NCBI GenBank assembly: GCA_000991405.1
Contig: LBRL01000002.1
Coordinates: 7,583-71,582 of the forward strand
Direction of reading: 5' to 3'
Length of the DNA stretch: 64,000 nt
DNA from: Candidatus Nomurabacteria bacterium GW2011_GWD2_36_14
GTDB taxonomy: Bacteria; Patescibacteriota; Minisyncoccia; Phycocordibacterales; UBA9973
Shown: positions 60,061 through 64,000 of the stretch, one piece after another
Layout: every line of letters starts with the position of its first letter
Position numbering within the stretch: the stretch's first letter is position 1
Position numbers and translations under genes: made by a program
The notes under the pieces: generated by a model
Databases searched by the model: none
What the model saw: only the letters and a program-made list of their open reading frames with translations
Told to the model about the DNA's origin: nothing

Positions 60061-60897
60061 TTATAAACTATATCTACTCCAACGTTTGGATCCGATCTTC
60101 TTTATCTGTCCTTTTAATACGAGAGCGTTTAATTCGCGTTGAATTGTCTTCTCAGAGCAGTCTGTAAATGAGCTTGATATGTCTTTGATTGAAACGTCCT
60201 TGTCTTTAAGAAGAGCAAGTATCTTGTCTATTCTATCTTTCTTATCGGACTCTGAGGAGGAAGAGTGGTGTTTGCTTTTTGGTGTTTGGTGTAATGAAGA
60301 ATTAAGTGCAGAGTTTGTAAAGGACATAGTGTTGAAGTTTGTCCTTTTGTTTTCATGACCGATAGAATTGTCCTTTATATTCTTTCCTTCAACTAGGCCT
60401 CCGCCTATCGGACGGACAGGTTGCTTAGATGAAATTACTGGTAAAGAAAACATATCTTCATCGAGAGTAAAGGTGAAGTGCTTGTCCTTCTTCTGATGGC
60501 TCTCAAGCTCCCCTATCAGGATCATAAATTCTTTCTTAAGAATTGCTGTATTCATCTCTGATATGAAACCTATGGTATAGGCTATTTCTACGAAGGAAAG
60601 TATCTCGTCTATGTGCGCCAAAGAAGTGGATATATGCACATGCTTGTCCATAGGAGAGAGGTTGGAAAGCTTGTACATATCGGACAAGAGTCCGACTCCG
60701 AGTTCTCGAAGCTTGGCCTTCAGAGCATCGTCGGTGTCCATACAGTCAGTGACCATGTATAAGGCTGTGACTAGCTTCTCTGTCTTTTTGTTTGCAAACT
60801 CGTAAACATGCTTACTATTTAACGTTTTAACGTCTAGGACATTGCCTTGTCCGTATGAATTCAAACTTGTCTTTTGTGTGTCTTTTTGATTATTCAT
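60061..60897 (-). CDS. hypothetical protein with Ser-rich linker and C-terminal DeoR-like HTH
   Basis: C-terminus reads RIDKILALLKDKDVSIKDISSSFTDCSEKTIQRELNALVLKGQIKKIG. Confidence 0.45.
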   Translation of the reverse strand: MNNQKDTQKTSLNSYGQGNVLDVKTLNSKHVYEFANKKTEKLVTALYMVTDCMDTDDALKAKLRELGVGLLSDMYKLSNLSPMDKHVHISTSLAHIDEILSFVEIAYTIGFISEMNTAILKKEFMILIGELESHQKKDKHFTFTLDEDMFSLPVISSKQPVRPIGGGLVEGKNIKDNSIGHENKRTNFNTMSFTNSALNSSLHQTPKSKHHSSSSESDKKDRIDKILALLKDKDVSIKDISSSFTDCSEKTIQRELNALVLKGQIKKIGSKRWSRYSL

Positions 60898-61231
60898 AGT
60901 GTCTTTTTTGCTCTAATAATGAGATTCTTTGTCTTTAATGTGTCCATTATATACCGAAATATTTTTGACGCAAGTGAATTTAATTCCCCTCTTCTAGGGT
61001 GGCTTTTGTACTCAAAAGACGGGGTGGATGAACTAATTAATTAGATTCCAAATATATCCACCTCCCCCTTCGGGTACTCTAGAAGAGGAGAATTTAAATA
61101 CAAATAAATTCATTTTAAAAACACCCTGTGGATAACTTTTCCGTATTTTATTTTATTAAATTTTCGTAATTATTTTTGTTATTTTTGTGATATAATAAAC
61201 TCATAAAATCATCACACATCATCAAATAATT

Positions 61232-63439
61232 ATGGCCAAAAAAGACAAAGATCAGGAGGAATATGAGAAAGGGAAAAATGGGAGAAAATCCGCTTCCGCT
61301 AAAGCTTCAGCGAGACGCAGGAAAGTAGAACTCAAGGAAGAAACTCGAGATAGTATTTGGGGTATTTCGTTCCTCGTTTTGGGACTATTAATCCTGTTAT
61401 CAATATTCAGATTAGCAGGAGTAGCTGGAGACTTTATTTATAAAATATTGGCTTCAATATTTGGATTTGGGTACTACTTGCTACCTATTATTCTAGGAGT
61501 TGTCGGTGTATCTTTCATGCGGAAAGGAACTCTCGATATTGCACGACTTCACTTGATTATGGGAATCTGCGTTCTCCTCTCTACTCTCGGCATCATGGAC
61601 ATCGCGACCAATGGCATGGGTGAATCCACGGTCCTCACTTATGGTGGACAGATAGGCAGAATGGTTGCCTGGATTATGAGTCCATTTGGAACATATGGAG
61701 GAATACTTCTACTAGGTACCCTGCTCATCATATCTCTCATAGTACTCGGCAACGAACGTCCCAATCTTCTCGCTCTCTGGCAGAAGATTAAAAATATCTT
61801 CACGAAAGAAATTGCATACCCATTCACCAACAATGAAAATATAGACGAAGTTGATTCGTCAACTACTCTTATGGAAGGTGTGAAAGAAGTTATACCTGAT
61901 ACAAAAGAACAAGAACTCGACTATAGTGAAAATGTCATAAAAGTAGAAATAGAAGAAAAGCTCTCTCCTAAAAAGAAGTTCCACACAGACTACATCGCTC
62001 CCCCACTCTCTCTACTAGAGAAAGATAAAGGCAAGCCCAACATTGGCGACATGAAAGGCAATACGAACATCATCCAACGTACACTTCTGAACTTTGGTAT
62101 TCCTGTCGAAATGGATGAAGTGACTGTGGGACCAACCGTTACTCGCTATGCACTCAAGCCTGCACAAGGTGTGAAGCTATCACGAATAGTAGGACTTCAG
62201 AATGACCTTGCTCTAGCACTTGCGGCCCACCCTATTCGTATCGAAGCACCGATCCCCGGCAAATCGCTAGTCGGGGTTGAAATTCCAAATAAAGTGAAAT
62301 CAACTGTCGGTCTAGCTACTCTCCTCTCTGATGATAAATTCCAGAATTCTCCGAAGCCTCTAACTGTTGCCCTTGGTCGTGGACTCTCTGGCAAGGCCGT
62401 CTTCGGCAACTTGGCCAAGATGCCTCACGCTCTCATTGCCGGTACTACTGGCTCGGGTAAGTCTGTGACCATCCACTCTATCATTACTTCCCTTCTATAC
62501 AGAAACGGGCCTGATGACATGAAGCTCATAATGGTGGACCCAAAGAGAGTCGAGCTTACTTTGTACAACAAGATTCCCCACTTACTTACCCCTGTCATTA
62601 CAGATCCAAAGAAGACTATCCTCGCCCTCAAGTGGGCCGCGAAAGAAATGGATCGCCGTTATGACGTCCTCCAAGCTGAGTCTGTCCGCGACATCGAGTC
62701 CTACCATTCAACCGTCTATGCGAAAGCAAAAGAAGGTGAAGCTGAGAGAATGCCTTATATAGTCATTATCATCGATGAGCTAGCCGACATTATGCAAGCT
62801 TACCCAAGGGAACTTGAAAGCGCTATCGTCAGACTTGCCCAGATGTCTCGTGCAGTTGGCATCCACATCATACTCTCTACTCAGCGTCCTTCGGTTAACG
62901 TCATTACCGGACTCATCAAGGCCAACATCCCTACTCGTATAGCCCTCCAAGTATCCTCCCAGATAGACTCACGTACTATCCTTGACCAAGGAGGTGCCGA
63001 GAAGCTTCTAGGTGCTGGAGATATGCTATATGCAAGTGGAGAAATGAGTCAACCTGAACGTCTACAAAGTGCCTTTATATCTGAAGATGAAGTGAAGAGA
63101 GTCGTAGAATACTTGAAGAATGCCTATATGGATGAAGTGCCTGACCAGATAGTTCTAACTGGCAATATAGAGAAGGGCAACAGCCTCTTTAGTGACAGTA
63201 TGGAGGGTGGAGATGGAGAAGACGACCTGTATGAAGAAGCTAGAGAGATAGTTATAAGAGATCAGAAGGCTTCAACTTCTTACTTGCAGAGAAAGCTGGG
63301 CGTCGGATATGCTCGTGCTGCCAAGCTAATAGATATGCTCGAAGACCATGGAGTCGTCGGCCCCGGCAACGGTGCAAAACCTCGAGATGTCCTTGAGAAA
63401 GGAATGAGTAATACAGATGATATCGTTGTAGGTGAATAG
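61232..63439 (+). CDS. ftsK: DNA translocase FtsK/SpoIIIE
   Basis: N-terminal TM segments, motor-domain Walker A LIAGTTGSGKSV and Walker B IVIIIDELAD, and a C-terminal gamma-like wHTH (STSYLQRKLGVGYARAAKLIDMLE). Confidence 0.9.
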   Translation: MAKKDKDQEEYEKGKNGRKSASAKASARRRKVELKEETRDSIWGISFLVLGLLILLSIFRLAGVAGDFIYKILASIFGFGYYLLPIILGVVGVSFMRKGTLDIARLHLIMGICVLLSTLGIMDIATNGMGESTVLTYGGQIGRMVAWIMSPFGTYGGILLLGTLLIISLIVLGNERPNLLALWQKIKNIFTKEIAYPFTNNENIDEVDSSTTLMEGVKEVIPDTKEQELDYSENVIKVEIEEKLSPKKKFHTDYIAPPLSLLEKDKGKPNIGDMKGNTNIIQRTLLNFGIPVEMDEVTVGPTVTRYALKPAQGVKLSRIVGLQNDLALALAAHPIRIEAPIPGKSLVGVEIPNKVKSTVGLATLLSDDKFQNSPKPLTVALGRGLSGKAVFGNLAKMPHALIAGTTGSGKSVTIHSIITSLLYRNGPDDMKLIMVDPKRVELTLYNKIPHLLTPVITDPKKTILALKWAAKEMDRRYDVLQAESVRDIESYHSTVYAKAKEGEAERMPYIVIIIDELADIMQAYPRELESAIVRLAQMSRAVGIHIILSTQRPSVNVITGLIKANIPTRIALQVSSQIDSRTILDQGGAEKLLGAGDMLYASGEMSQPERLQSAFISEDEVKRVVEYLKNAYMDEVPDQIVLTGNIEKGNSLFSDSMEGGDGEDDLYEEAREIVIRDQKASTSYLQRKLGVGYARAAKLIDMLEDHGVVGPGNGAKPRDVLEKGMSNTDDIVVGE

Positions 63440-63499
63440 GTTTTAAAAAAGTGATATAATATAGAGAGTTATAAAGTTGAAAGTGAAAAGTAAAAACAG

Positions 63500-63880
63500 A
63501 TGCAAAGAATTATAAAAGACAAAAACATAAAGTGGTGGCTAGGATGTGGATCCTGTATAATATTGTTTTTGATTATTGCTGTCTTTGCTTGGGAAAAAAT
63601 GTCTTTCCTTGTGAAGGGAGTACAAATAGAAGCTAGCATAGAAAGAAGCAGCACTTCCCTCGCCCACATAGTAGGCAAAGCTCGTCATGCAACTTATATA
63701 ACTCTAAACGGTAGAGAAATATTTATAGATAAAGATGGAAGCTTCTCTGAGCCTGTCGCTCTCATCCCCGGCTTCTCAGTTATAACTATCGATACAGAAG
63801 ACAAATTTGGTAATACTAAAGAGAAAAATTTCCAATTGGTTTATAAAGAAAGTGCAGGTACGGTCGCAATGTTAAAATAA
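63500..63880 (+). CDS. hypothetical membrane-anchored protein
   Basis: N-terminal TM (WWLGCGSCIILFLIIAVFAW) followed by a small beta-rich domain. Confidence 0.4.
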   Translation: MQRIIKDKNIKWWLGCGSCIILFLIIAVFAWEKMSFLVKGVQIEASIERSSTSLAHIVGKARHATYITLNGREIFIDKDGSFSEPVALIPGFSVITIDTEDKFGNTKEKNFQLVYKESAGTVAMLK

Positions 63881-63961
63881 TTAATAATTAAAAAGTAATC
63901 TTTGAAATTAAAATAATTTTTTAAAATGGATCTAGAGCGTATCTAAAATAGTCTTATCAGA

Positions 63962-64000
63962 GGGGCCGGCGGAGGTCGACGGACCGAGCAATGAGCAAAT
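63962..64000 (+). ncRNA. ssrA: possible 5' end of tmRNA (ssrA), truncated by the window edge
   Basis: GGGGCCGGCGGAGGTCGACGGACC resembles the tmRNA 5' consensus GGGG-N7-GG-N-UUCGACGGG. Only about 39 nt is visible. Confidence 0.25.

Overview
This window is AT-rich (about one-third GC) and gene-dense, with short intergenic spacers. It resembles a streamlined, possibly Patescibacteria/CPR-like, bacterial chromosome read with the standard genetic code. All calls were made by eye from the sequence and ORF track; no searches were run.

Most of the window is housekeeping. It carries a partial UvrD/PcrA helicase, murI, a two-component pair, pyk, a DedA protein and a HelD-like helicase. It also carries a NUDIX/kinase/HAD/2H/methyltransferase cluster, tRNA-Ser(GGA), the htpX/lemA, secD/secF and ftsW/ftsK genes, and rplJ-rplL with a leader attenuator.

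A 23S-5S rRNA unit on the minus strand has no 16S in the window. It is separated from the upstream protein gene by a terminator. The 23S carries a roughly 406-nt ORF-less group I-intron-like insertion at the conserved CGTGAGACAG site targeted by I-CreI-type homing endonucleases. The 23S 5' domain also has a 16-bp inverted repeat enclosing a 105-nt AT-rich loop. Downstream of the 5S lies a GC-rich structured element of about 180 nt, a candidate ncRNA, flanked by 22-nt direct repeats.

The accessory part (about 35.7-59 kb) contains several distinct modules:
- A defence islet: a beta-class DNA methyltransferase translationally coupled to a 920-aa Type IIG restriction-modification fusion (PD-ExK nuclease plus gamma-class N6A methyltransferase), followed by a RelE/ParE-RHH toxin-antitoxin pair.
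- A REP-associated tyrosine transposase (RAYT, IS200-like) flanked by inverted 27-nt REP palindromes, with a third REP copy at 18.5 kb.
- A large glycan locus: an initiating sugar-phosphate transferase, Wzm/Wzt whose Wzt has a C-terminal binding domain, two methyltransferases, two GT2 enzymes, a bacterial GT6, a GT11 alpha-1,2-fucosyltransferase, gmd/fcl and a 4-epimerase. This is the enzyme set for a fucosylated, blood-group-like epitope.
- An O-antigen-ligase-like protein with TPR repeats and a peptidoglycan-binding, Thr/Ala/Ser-rich surface protein, suggestive of surface protein O-glycosylation.

Other observations include iteron-like TCTCTATCA repeats and two perfect DnaA boxes near ftsK, a hairpin motif shared between the rRNA intron and the secF downstream region, and a possible tmRNA 5' end at the window edge.
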